From positions 47,784-111,783 of the forward strand of contig JAJYBI010000004.1 of NCBI GenBank assembly GCA_021779095.1: a DNA stretch of 64,000 nt. The letters run 5' to 3'. The translations under genes were made by a program, and so were the position numbers. The notes under the pieces were generated by a model that saw only the letters and a program-made list of their open reading frames with translations, was not told the origin of the DNA and ran no database searches. Positions 54,260 to 62,530 of this stretch are shown here, in pieces. This DNA comes from Deltaproteobacteria bacterium. Its GTDB lineage: Bacteria; Desulfobacterota; Desulfuromonadia; Geobacterales; JAJYBI01. Numbering within the stretch: position 1 is the first letter of the stretch; every line of letters starts with the position of its first letter.

Positions 54260-55474
54260 CTACCTGGAGAGCACCGGATACAGTTCCGGGAAAAACCACC
54301 CGGCGGCATGGATCGGGAAGCCGATCCGTACTTCTCCTTTGGGGCTGTCGGAAACGAGCAGCCCTTCGGCCAGTAGCTGGGCCAGCAGGTTCCGGCCGGT
54401 CCGTTCCTTCAGGCCCGACGCCTCGATTACCTCTCCCCGTGGCGCTTCACCCCGCACCAGTACCTCCTGCAACATCCTGGCTGCTTCGCTTCTGAGTGCA
54501 CCACCATCGGGTGGGGAGGGGATCATGGCGGTGCCGCGCAGCTGCACGTACGCCCTGACCCGCTCGATCAGCCCGTCCAGCTGCAGCAGGCTGCCCATGT
54601 AATCCACCTGGTCGAGGCAGACCTCAAGGAAGAAGCGACAGAACTTCGCCAGCCCCTCGTCGGAGAGGCTGCCCCTGCCGTCCAGATCGTTGCGACGCGG
54701 CGCGTCGGCCCAGGTCAGGGCCGCCTTGTAGTCGGCATTCCGGCGGGCAAGGCCGCGACTGACCGACCAGAGGCCGAAACCGTGCACCGGAATGCGGTGG
54801 AGATAGGCTTCGGTGAACAGCCGCGCCACCCTGCCGTTGCCGTCGAGGAACGGATGAATCCACATCAGCCGGTGATGGGCCGCTGCCGCTGCCACCAGCT
54901 TGGCTGCGCCATGGTGCACCCCGGGGGCGTACGCCTCCCCGAACCGGGCCATGAATGCGGGCAGGCTGTCATGTCCCGGCGGCTCATGCCGGCCGACCAC
55001 GACCTGTTCCGCGCGCAGTGCGCCCGGCACTACCCGGCTTTCACGGCCGGTCTCCGGATGCTTCATCACCCGGAACTCTTCCGGCAGCAATGCGAAGAAC
55101 TCACGGTGCAGCGAACAGAGGAACTCTTCGCCGGCGATGTTGAGCGCCGGATCTTCCCGCAGCCGATGCTCCATCTCCCTTTGTACCGTGATATGGGCAA
55201 CGCTTTCCAGCTGCAGATTCCGCTTGGCCGGTTCCGCGTCATACTCCTGTTGCATGGCCCGGACGATATCGTACGGATGGGTATTGTGCCCCTCGATCAG
55301 GTTGGAGTAATAGCTGTTGATGATGCGCAGGAGTTCGTGCAGGGTGTGCAGGGTGACCGGGTGCTGCCTGGTGCCGAGGGACGCCGAACGCTGGATCACC
55401 TCCAGTGACAGATCCTGCAGGTCGTCGGCCCGTTCCGGGAGGAGCGGGGTCATCCGGCTGATTGAGTCGGGCAT
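54260..55474 (-). CDS. fic: Fic-family protein (Fic_N + Fido + C-terminal winged-helix-like region)
   Basis: Core motif HPFLDGNGRVARL. The N-terminal SYYSNLIEG region is typical of long Fic proteins. Confidence 0.9.
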   Translation of the reverse strand: MPDSISRMTPLLPERADDLQDLSLEVIQRSASLGTRQHPVTLHTLHELLRIINSYYSNLIEGHNTHPYDIVRAMQQEYDAEPAKRNLQLESVAHITVQREMEHRLREDPALNIAGEEFLCSLHREFFALLPEEFRVMKHPETGRESRVVPGALRAEQVVVGRHEPPGHDSLPAFMARFGEAYAPGVHHGAAKLVAAAAAHHRLMWIHPFLDGNGRVARLFTEAYLHRIPVHGFGLWSVSRGLARRNADYKAALTWADAPRRNDLDGRGSLSDEGLAKFCRFFLEVCLDQVDYMGSLLQLDGLIERVRAYVQLRGTAMIPSPPDGGALRSEAARMLQEVLVRGEAPRGEVIEASGLKERTGRNLLAQLLAEGLLVSDSPKGEVRIGFPIHAAGWFFPELYPVLSR

Positions 55475-55484
55475 GTCATCCCCT

Positions 55485-55504
55485 TTGTTGCCGATTGTTG
55501 TGCC
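55485..55504 (+). repeat. 20-nt direct repeat copy 1 (TGTTGCCGATTGTTGTGCCG)
   Basis: 19/20 identical to the copy at 55574-55593. It lies just upstream of the fic start. Confidence 0.6.
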
Positions 55505-55573
55505 GGTCTATGATTGCTATAACCATACGGCTACATGGAATAAAATACAAGCCAGTTTGATTTGTAATCAAAA

Positions 55574-55593
55574 ATGTTGCCGATTGTTTTGCC
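55574..55593 (+). repeat. 20-nt direct repeat copy 2 (TGTTGCCGATTGTTTTGCCG)
   Basis: See copy 1. It lies 14 nt from the aas stop codon. Confidence 0.6.
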
Positions 55594-55606
55594 GATAGTC
55601 AACCCA

Positions 55607-58600
55607 TCATTCCCCCATCGCCGTCGCGGCGATCTCCTTGATCCCCTTCAGGTCCAGCTTGCCACTGCCGAGGATCGGCAGGCTCTCCACCTCCACGTAG
55701 CAGTCGCGGCACGGCTTCCAGAGGTTGGGAAGGTCGCTCTCGGCCATGTGGCGCCGCAGGGTCTCCATGTCCGTCGCCTCACGGGCGTACAGCACCACCA
55801 GCTGCTCCCCCCGCTTCTCGTCCGGTACGGCGGTGACCGCCACGACTCCGGTCTGGCCGAGCCGCGCGTGCAGCTCGTCCTCCAGTGCGCCGTGGGGGAC
55901 CATCTCGCCGGCGATCTTGCTGAAGCGGGAGAGCCGGTCCGTGAGCCGCAAGAACCCGTCGTCGTCCAGGGTGCCGATGTCGCCGGTGACGTACCAGCCG
56001 TCCCGGAGCACCTCGGAGGTCTTGTCCGGGCGCCCCAGGTAGCCGAGCATGACGTTCGGCCCCTTCACGAGGACGAGGCCGGCCGTGCCGTTGGGGAGCT
56101 TCTTGCCCGTATCCGGGGCCACCACCTTTAGGACCACGCCAGGAAGCGGATGGCCGACGCTCCCCTCCCTGGAGCCGCGCTGCAGGACGCCGTCTATCTC
56201 CACGTCCGGGAGCGACAGGGTGCAGACGGGGGAGAGCTCGGTGGCGCCGTACCCCTCGTAGGGGCGGATGCCGAACTTCTCCAGGAAGGCGTCGGCGACC
56301 CGCGGTTTCAGCTTCTCCGCCCCGGTGATGACGAGCCTTAAGGAAGCGAAGTCCTCCTTCTTTGCCCGCCGCAGGTAGGAGAGGAGGAAGGTGGGGGTGG
56401 CGATGAGGATGGAGGAGCGTTCCTCGTTTACTATCCGGGCGATGGTCTCGCCGTCCAGGGGATTCGGGTGATAGGCGACGGAAAAGCCGGAGGTGAGCGG
56501 AAGCCAGAGGGTGCCGGTAAAGCCGAGAGAGTGGAAGAGCGGCAGGGCGGAGCAGATGTTGTCCGCCGGTCCCACCCGCATCACCATCCGCATCCCCTCC
56601 AGGTTGGACTGGACGTTGTGGTGGGAGAGCATCACCCCCTTGGGCTCGCCGGTGCTCCCCGAGGAGAAGATGACCGTGGCGACCTTGTCCGGGTCGAAAC
56701 CGGCGCTCTCCACGAGCATCCGACGCGGGAGGAAGCGGGCCCGCAGGTGCGCAGACAGTTTCTGACGGTCCGAAATCTCCGCCATGATCTCCTCCAGGAA
56801 CACCATACCTTCCAGCTCCGGCAGGGACTCGAGCTTCTCCAGAAACGCGCGGGAGGTGACGATGGTCCGGATGCCGCACTGGGCCACGGCGGAACGGATG
56901 CCGTCGGGGGAGGCGGTGTAGTTCAGGTTTACCGGCACCCGGCCGAGCATGGTGAGGGCGCAGTTGGCCAGCACGCCGCCGGCCGACGGCGGCAGGAGGA
57001 GCCCCACAAAGGCTTCCCCCTCCCTCGATGGGAGGGGGCCAGGGGGAGGGAGAAGGTGCGAACTGTTTCCTTCGTTCCGGCCTCCCCCCCACCCCGACCC
57101 TCCCCCTCCGGGGGGGAGGGGGCGTTCGAGTACTTTCGCCAGTTTCTCCTTCATGAGCAGCGCCCCGGTGAGCGCCTCGCCGTAGGTGAGCCGTTTCCCC
57201 CCTGTATCGGAGAGGGCGTGGCGGCGCCAGTTGCCACGGGCCGCGTCCACGAAGAGCGGCGCGAGAGATTTGCGCCGCTCCTTGCGGGCGTCGAACCAGG
57301 CGCAGAAGAGTTCCATCACCGCCTGGCGCACCTCCACAGGGGAGCTCTCCGTGGGGAGCGGCGCGCCGAAGATGATGGTCACCGGGTAGGGGAACCGGAC
57401 CGGCAGGCGGGAGACGAGCCGGCCGTGGGCGTAGGAGAAGATGCTCCCCCAGGCGCCGCCGATGCAGACCGGGATGAGCGGGTAGTCGCTTCCCTTCACG
57501 ATCCGCTCGAATCCTCCCTTGAACTCGCCCAGCATGCCGCTGCGGGTGATGGCCCCCTCGGCGAAGATGCAGACCAGATAACCGTCGTCCAGCGCCGCCC
57601 GGGCGGTGGCGATGAACTCCACGAGCCCCTTGCGGCCGTCCTTCGCCGAGACGGGGATGACCTGCATGAGCCGGCAGAGCCGCTTCAGAACCGGCGTGTT
57701 GTAGATGTCCCGGTCCATGACGAAGCGGATCCGCCGCTGCTGGGTGGCGATGAGGAGCAGCGCATCCATCCACGATACGTGGTTGGCGATGAGGAGCGCC
57801 GGCCCTTCGCTCGGGACATACCGCTCGTCCACGATGGTGAGCCGGTAGCAGCACCGCATGACCACGAGCGCCACGAAGCGCAGGAGAAAGTCGGGGAGGA
57901 CCCGGAGGGTGATGATAGTGAGGACCAGGGTGACGGCGGCAAGCACCGAGAAGGAGCCGCCGGGGGAGACCGCCAGCGGGCCGGACAGGAGCCACAGAAG
58001 CCCCGAGGCGAGGAGCACCCCGACCCAGCTCAAGAACGTCGAGGCGGCCAGGATCTCGCCGCGTCGGTCGGCGGGGCTCTTCAACTGGATAAACGCCTGG
58101 AGCGGGACGATGAAGAGGCCGGCGCTGCCGCCGAACAGAAAGACGATGGCGAGCACCAGCGGGACGCTGGGGGGGACGGCATGGAGCACGAAGGCGCTGA
58201 CCGTGAGGCCGGCGGCGCCGATGGGGACCACGCCGAACTCCACGGTCCGCCCCGAGAGCCTGCCGGCCAGCATCGAGCCGAGGCCGATCCCGAGGGCGGC
58301 GGCGAGGAACAGGTAGCCGCTCTCCTCCTGGGGAAGGCCGAGCCGGTCCATGCCGTAGGGAAGGAGGTTCAACTGGCAGAAGGCCCCCACGAAGAGGAAG
58401 TATGCCGCCCCCAGCACGGCGAGCAGCAGTTCCCGGTCTTTCCGGAGTTCCCGCAGGGTTCGGAAGTAGGAGGCCGGCGACAGCGCCAGGGGACGGCGGT
58501 GGTCGGGGACGGGGGTGATGGGGATGGCGCGGGCGAGCAAAAGGCCGGCCACGGCGACGGCGATGCCGGCCGCGGCGGCCAGGCCGTACCGCCCGTGACT

Positions 58601-59098
58601 CGCCCGGACGAGGAACGGCGCCAGGGCGGTGCCGCAGATGATCGCCATGAAGGAGCACATCTCAAGATTGCTGTTGGCCCGGGAGAGCTCCTCGCGCTCC
58701 ACGAGCTCCGGCACGACGCCGTACTTGGCCGGGGCGAGGAGCGTGCTGTGGGTGCCCAGCAGGAAGACCGCCAGGTAGAGGAGCGGCGAGGTGCCGAGGA
58801 CCAGGCCGGCGCAGGCGACGAGCGCGATGCCGATCTCCAGGCACTTCACCCCGACGACGATCCGCTGCTTGGGATACCGGTCCGCCAGGGAGCCGGCGAG
58901 GGCGGAGAAGAGAAGAAACGGGGTGACGAAGGCGGCGCTGCCGATGGCGGCGATGGTGCCTGCCGCGGCCGGCCCCTGCCGGCCAATGAGGAAGAAGACG
59001 ACGATCAGCTTGATCAGGTTGTCGTTCAGCGCCCCCAGCGCCTGGGCGAGGTTGAGCCGGGCGAAGGAGCGGGGGAGGGTGGTCGTGGTGGTATCCAT
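55607..59098 (-). CDS. aas: trifunctional LplT-PlsC-Aas-type protein: MFS lysophospholipid transporter + acyltransferase + acyl-ACP synthetase (AMP-binding)
   Basis: N-terminal 12-TM MFS region. Acyltransferase H(X)4D reads NHVSWMDA. The AMP-binding motifs are FSSGSTGEPKGV, GYGATE and TGD. Confidence 0.85.
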   Translation of the reverse strand: MDTTTTTLPRSFARLNLAQALGALNDNLIKLIVVFFLIGRQGPAAAGTIAAIGSAAFVTPFLLFSALAGSLADRYPKQRIVVGVKCLEIGIALVACAGLVLGTSPLLYLAVFLLGTHSTLLAPAKYGVVPELVEREELSRANSNLEMCSFMAIICGTALAPFLVRASHGRYGLAAAAGIAVAVAGLLLARAIPITPVPDHRRPLALSPASYFRTLRELRKDRELLLAVLGAAYFLFVGAFCQLNLLPYGMDRLGLPQEESGYLFLAAALGIGLGSMLAGRLSGRTVEFGVVPIGAAGLTVSAFVLHAVPPSVPLVLAIVFLFGGSAGLFIVPLQAFIQLKSPADRRGEILAASTFLSWVGVLLASGLLWLLSGPLAVSPGGSFSVLAAVTLVLTIITLRVLPDFLLRFVALVVMRCCYRLTIVDERYVPSEGPALLIANHVSWMDALLLIATQQRRIRFVMDRDIYNTPVLKRLCRLMQVIPVSAKDGRKGLVEFIATARAALDDGYLVCIFAEGAITRSGMLGEFKGGFERIVKGSDYPLIPVCIGGAWGSIFSYAHGRLVSRLPVRFPYPVTIIFGAPLPTESSPVEVRQAVMELFCAWFDARKERRKSLAPLFVDAARGNWRRHALSDTGGKRLTYGEALTGALLMKEKLAKVLERPLPPGGGGSGWGGGRNEGNSSHLLPPPGPLPSREGEAFVGLLLPPSAGGVLANCALTMLGRVPVNLNYTASPDGIRSAVAQCGIRTIVTSRAFLEKLESLPELEGMVFLEEIMAEISDRQKLSAHLRARFLPRRMLVESAGFDPDKVATVIFSSGSTGEPKGVMLSHHNVQSNLEGMRMVMRVGPADNICSALPLFHSLGFTGTLWLPLTSGFSVAYHPNPLDGETIARIVNEERSSILIATPTFLLSYLRRAKKEDFASLRLVITGAEKLKPRVADAFLEKFGIRPYEGYGATELSPVCTLSLPDVEIDGVLQRGSREGSVGHPLPGVVLKVVAPDTGKKLPNGTAGLVLVKGPNVMLGYLGRPDKTSEVLRDGWYVTGDIGTLDDDGFLRLTDRLSRFSKIAGEMVPHGALEDELHARLGQTGVVAVTAVPDEKRGEQLVVLYAREATDMETLRRHMAESDLPNLWKPCRDCYVEVESLPILGSGKLDLKGIKEIAATAMGE
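57014..57124. repeat. GC-rich double-hairpin REP-like element embedded in frame in the aas linker
   Basis: The hairpins are CCCCCTCCC-TCGAT-GGGAGGGGG (57016-57038) and CCCTCCCCCTCC-GGG-GGGGAGGGGG (57098-57122). The element translates on the minus strand as low-complexity PLPPGGGGSGWGGGRNEGNSSHLLPPPGPLPSRE. Confidence 0.55.
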
Positions 59099-59137
59099 GT
59101 CGGGTCCTCGTTATGGTTTCATGTTGATGCAATGTCG

Positions 59138-60316
59138 TTACGGCATACCTGCGGTTTCGCTCCCCTTCGAGGGGAGGGGTATTGGTGGCAGGTGCAGCAG
59201 TCTCCCGCCGTTCCCCAGTATCTCTTCCGTCACCCCCAGCGCCCGCTTCAGCTCCACGTCCCGGTCCCAGGGGTTGACTATGGCCGCCAGGCGGCGGGCC
59301 TCGGCGAACGGCACCCGGCCGAGCTGGAACCAGGGAGAGGTGAGCCCCGTGGCGATGAGCGGCATGTCGCTGCCGTACAAAAGGCGCTTGTGGAGCTCCG
59401 TGTGACGCAGGACCCGTTGCAGGTGCCCGAGCCGGTTCGCTTGGGTCAGGGCGGAGATGTCGGCGTACAGGTTCGGGTAGGAGGCGAGGAGCGGCAGCAA
59501 CCGCTCCAGGTTGCGCTGCCCACCGTTTCGGCCGTTGCTGGCGCAGTGGGCGGCGATGACCGTCACCCCCTCATCCAGCGCGGTGCGCAGCCTAAGCGGG
59601 TCGGCGAGGCTGTTGTCGGTGCGGGTGAACGACTCCTCGTTGCCGGTGTGGGTGAGGAGCGGGAGCCCCAGCTCGTGCAGGCGACGGTAGAACGGTACGA
59701 GCCGCCTGTCCGCCGGATCGAACCCCTGGATGGAGGGGAGCCACTTCAGAAGCAGTGCACCGTCCGCAGCGGCTTCGTCGAGTCGATCGAGGGCGTCCGG
59801 CCGGAGCGGGTTCACGCTGGCGCCGAAGAGCAGGTTCGGCAGGCGCCGGCACTCCCGCGCCAGGAACCGGTTGGGGATGTAGAGCTCCGTGCGTCCCTCG
59901 TCCAGCGCCCCACGCCCGTCCACGACGCCGTCCATGGCGAGCAGCACCGCCGCCGCGACCTGCCGGGATTCACCGACCCGTCCCGACAGCCGCTCGGTTA
60001 CGAGGCCGTCCCCCTGTCGGAGGATCTCACCTTCAGTGACGCCGAACGCCCTGAGGAACCAGCGGTAGCGGTAGTTGCGGCGCAAGCTCGGCGAAACGAA
60101 GCAGCCGCTCCCCCCGGCGCCGATGCCGGCGGTGTGGCAGTGCAGGTCGATGATGGTGGAGGCATCTTTCACGGGTACGGCTCCTTCGGTTTCGTTGGCG
60201 ACCGGGATGCCGGCCGATGCCGCTTCCATTTCAGGGAGCGTGCCCAGATCGTCCATAGATGATAACAGGCCGGAATCGCGTGGCAAATGCGCTGTGATGG
60301 GGTGGCAATATATCAT
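59138..60316 (-). CDS. amidohydrolase-superfamily metal-dependent hydrolase
   Basis: Contains IIDLHCHTAG (HxH) and a late YGSDMP motif. The start is uncertain (60316, 60256 or 60229). The last codons run into a CTCCCC-TTCGA-GGGGAG hairpin. Confidence 0.7.
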   Translation of the reverse strand: MIYCHPITAHLPRDSGLLSSMDDLGTLPEMEAASAGIPVANETEGAVPVKDASTIIDLHCHTAGIGAGGSGCFVSPSLRRNYRYRWFLRAFGVTEGEILRQGDGLVTERLSGRVGESRQVAAAVLLAMDGVVDGRGALDEGRTELYIPNRFLARECRRLPNLLFGASVNPLRPDALDRLDEAAADGALLLKWLPSIQGFDPADRRLVPFYRRLHELGLPLLTHTGNEESFTRTDNSLADPLRLRTALDEGVTVIAAHCASNGRNGGQRNLERLLPLLASYPNLYADISALTQANRLGHLQRVLRHTELHKRLLYGSDMPLIATGLTSPWFQLGRVPFAEARRLAAIVNPWDRDVELKRALGVTEEILGNGGRLLHLPPIPLPSKGSETAGMP

Positions 60317-60331
60317 TACCGTATCCGGGGC

Positions 60332-60359
60332 TTGACAATTTATGCATGACGGCTATACA
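60332..60359 (+). promoter_or_regulatory. candidate sigma-70 promoter of the sigma-54 activator gene (would give a near-leaderless mRNA)
   Basis: TTGACA (60332-60337), a 16-nt spacer, then TATACA (60354-60359). The ATG lies 9 nt later at 60368. Confidence 0.4.
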
Positions 60360-60367
60360 TGTGATGC

Positions 60368-61840
60368 ATGAAACGTACAGCGCGCACCATCGACGATGAA
60401 TGGAGCTTTTTCGAGACGGTGGCCCGCGCCGCCTTCGCCAACCCCTTCGGGGCGACCCGGGACGAGCTGGACATGGCCATCGGCGGCACCGGCCCCGACG
60501 CCTCGCCGGAGGAGGTCCTGTCCGCCATGATCGACCGGGTCCGGGAGCGGGTGACGGCGATGCAGCGGGCCGACCGGGCAGACCTGCGCCGCTTTGATGG
60601 GGGGCGGCGGGAGACCCTGCAGACCGTCCTCCTCTTCCACCTGTTCCACCGGTATGCGGAGCCGTTCGACCGGCTCATCCGGGATCAGCTCGACGCCGGC
60701 GACACCCCCTGCCGGGTCCCCTGGGCCCGGAACGTGCTGGAGGAGCTTTCCCGGTTCGGTTTTCCCGAGGACGACGCCGTACGTTTCTTCGCCATCTTCT
60801 ACCAGCTGCGTCGTGCCTTCTACTTCATCAAGCACGGGCTCGTGGGGAGCTCCCCCTCCATGCGAAACCTGCGCCGGCACCTGTGGGACTGCGTCTTCAC
60901 CCACGACATCCGCTGGTTCGAGGCGCGGTTCTGGAACCGGATGGAGGAGTTCTCCCTGCTGCTCCTGGGGGAGACCGGCACCGGCAAGGGAGCGGCGGCC
61001 GCGGCGGTGGGGCGCTCCGGGTTCATCCCCTTCGACCCGGTGCGCAGCGCCTTCACGGAGAGCTTCACCCGCAACTTCGTCGCCATCAACCTCTCCCAGT
61101 TCTCCGCGGGTCTGCTGGAATCGGAGCTGTTCGGGCACCGGAAGGGGGCCTTCACCGGGGCGGTGGACCACCACGAGGGGATCTTCAGCCGCTGCGCCCC
61201 CCACGGGGTGATCTTTCTCGACGAGATCGGCGACGTGAGCGTGCCGGTGCAGATCAAGCTCCTGCAGGTACTGCAGGAGCGGATCTTCTTTCCCGTGGGG
61301 AGCCACGAGCCGAAGCGGTTCAGCGGCCGGGTCATCGCCGCCACCAACCGCTCCCTGAACGAACTCTGCCGGACCGGCGGGTTCCGCGACGACCTGTACT
61401 ACCGGCTCTGCTCCGACGAGATCACCATTCCCCCCCTGCGCCAGCGGTTGAAGGAGGACCCGGCGGAACTGGGGTACCTCCTGGACAGCATCCTGTCACG
61501 TCTGGCGGGGGCGGTCTCTCCCCGGGAGCGGCAGCTCGTGACAAAGGTGCTGGAACGGGAGCCGGGGCGCGACTACCCCTGGCCGGGGAACGTGCGGGAG
61601 CTGGAGCAGGCGGTGAAACGGATCATCCTCACCGGCCACTACCGGGGGCGGGCCGCCGATCGCCCGGAAGAGGACGAGGCCGGCCGGCTCGCCGCGGAGA
61701 TCGGGGCGGGGACGGTGGCTGCGGAGACCCTCCTCACGCGCTACTGCGGTATTCTGTACCGGCAGCACGGCACCTACGAGGAGGTTGCCCGCCGGACGAG
61801 GCTCGACCGGCGTACGGTGAAGAAGTACGTCCACCGGTGA
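60368..61840 (+). CDS. sigma-54-dependent transcriptional activator (bEBP) without receiver domain
   Basis: AAA+ core with GETGTGKG, the GAFTGA loop (KGAFTGAV) and the R-finger region. C-terminal Fis-type [22 protein letters not shown]. The ~190-aa N-terminal domain has no recognisable family. Confidence 0.9.
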   Translation: MKRTARTIDDEWSFFETVARAAFANPFGATRDELDMAIGGTGPDASPEEVLSAMIDRVRERVTAMQRADRADLRRFDGGRRETLQTVLLFHLFHRYAEPFDRLIRDQLDAGDTPCRVPWARNVLEELSRFGFPEDDAVRFFAIFYQLRRAFYFIKHGLVGSSPSMRNLRRHLWDCVFTHDIRWFEARFWNRMEEFSLLLLGETGTGKGAAAAAVGRSGFIPFDPVRSAFTESFTRNFVAINLSQFSAGLLESELFGHRKGAFTGAVDHHEGIFSRCAPHGVIFLDEIGDVSVPVQIKLLQVLQERIFFPVGSHEPKRFSGRVIAATNRSLNELCRTGGFRDDLYYRLCSDEITIPPLRQRLKEDPAELGYLLDSILSRLAGAVSPRERQLVTKVLEREPGRDYPWPGNVRELEQAVKRIILTGHYRGRAADRPEEDEAGRLAAEIGAGTVAAETLLTRYCGILYRQHGTYEEVARRTRLDRRTVKKYVHR

Positions 61841-61882
61841 CGGTGGCGGCGTGACCGGTGCTCCGGTCGGAGAGGGAGAAAC

Positions 61883-62386
61883 ATGAAGCGGGTGCGCATC
61901 GGCTGCAACTATGTGAAACAGCCGTTCTGGAAGATACTTTTGGGGGTGCCGCTCATCTACCTGCCGCTTTTTACGACGGTGCCGTTCATGGTCGTGGGGG
62001 TCGTCCTGGTGAAGACGCACCTCAGGTTCGTGGGGGGGATGGAGATCAAGCCGTACCGGGAATTCGTCCCCGACTGGATTTCGCATCGCTACCTGAACCG
62101 GGAACAGCCGGTCCTGAACATCCCGTGGTACCAGCCGGCCCACTACCACTGGTTCTGGGTCTTCAACTGCAAGCTCTACTGCCCCTTGAGCGTCGCGCTC
62201 TTCCGGTACATGGCCTACCTGGTGATGATCGTGGAGAACTGGTGGTGCCCCTTCGGCCACAACCGGAAACAGGACTACGCCGACGGCGCCATCGACCAAT
62301 CGATATGGCACGTGGACCCGCTGGAGACGGTCAAGCTCCACCCCGCCGACCGTGATAACCCGATCTGGAACGGGGAGGGGGAGTGA
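61883..62386 (+). CDS. hypothetical membrane protein
   Basis: GGGAG RBS. Hydrophobic segments ILLGVPLIYLPLFTTVPFMVVGVVLV and VALFRYMAYLVMIV. Rich in Trp and His. Confidence 0.6.
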   Translation: MKRVRIGCNYVKQPFWKILLGVPLIYLPLFTTVPFMVVGVVLVKTHLRFVGGMEIKPYREFVPDWISHRYLNREQPVLNIPWYQPAHYHWFWVFNCKLYCPLSVALFRYMAYLVMIVENWWCPFGHNRKQDYADGAIDQSIWHVDPLETVKLHPADRDNPIWNGEGE

Positions 62387-62530
62387 GTCCGACACCACTT
62401 GCGTACGGTTGGGGTGGGTGTGCTATAGTGGTTCCATGACCCATGCCGACCTGCAGAACGCCCTGGAGCTGTTCGGGCTCACCCCTCCGCCGCCAGTTCG
62501 CCACCGACCCCCTCTGGGGGAAATCGTGAG

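Noticed and set aside
56468-60262. 1264-aa plus-strand ORF and the 959-aa minus-strand ORF at 55779..58658
   Set aside because: Both are alternative frames over the aas-type gene and the amidohydrolase, and are Arg/Gly/Pro-rich with no domain signatures. The 55607..59098 frame carries the MFS, H(X)4D and AMP-binding motifs.
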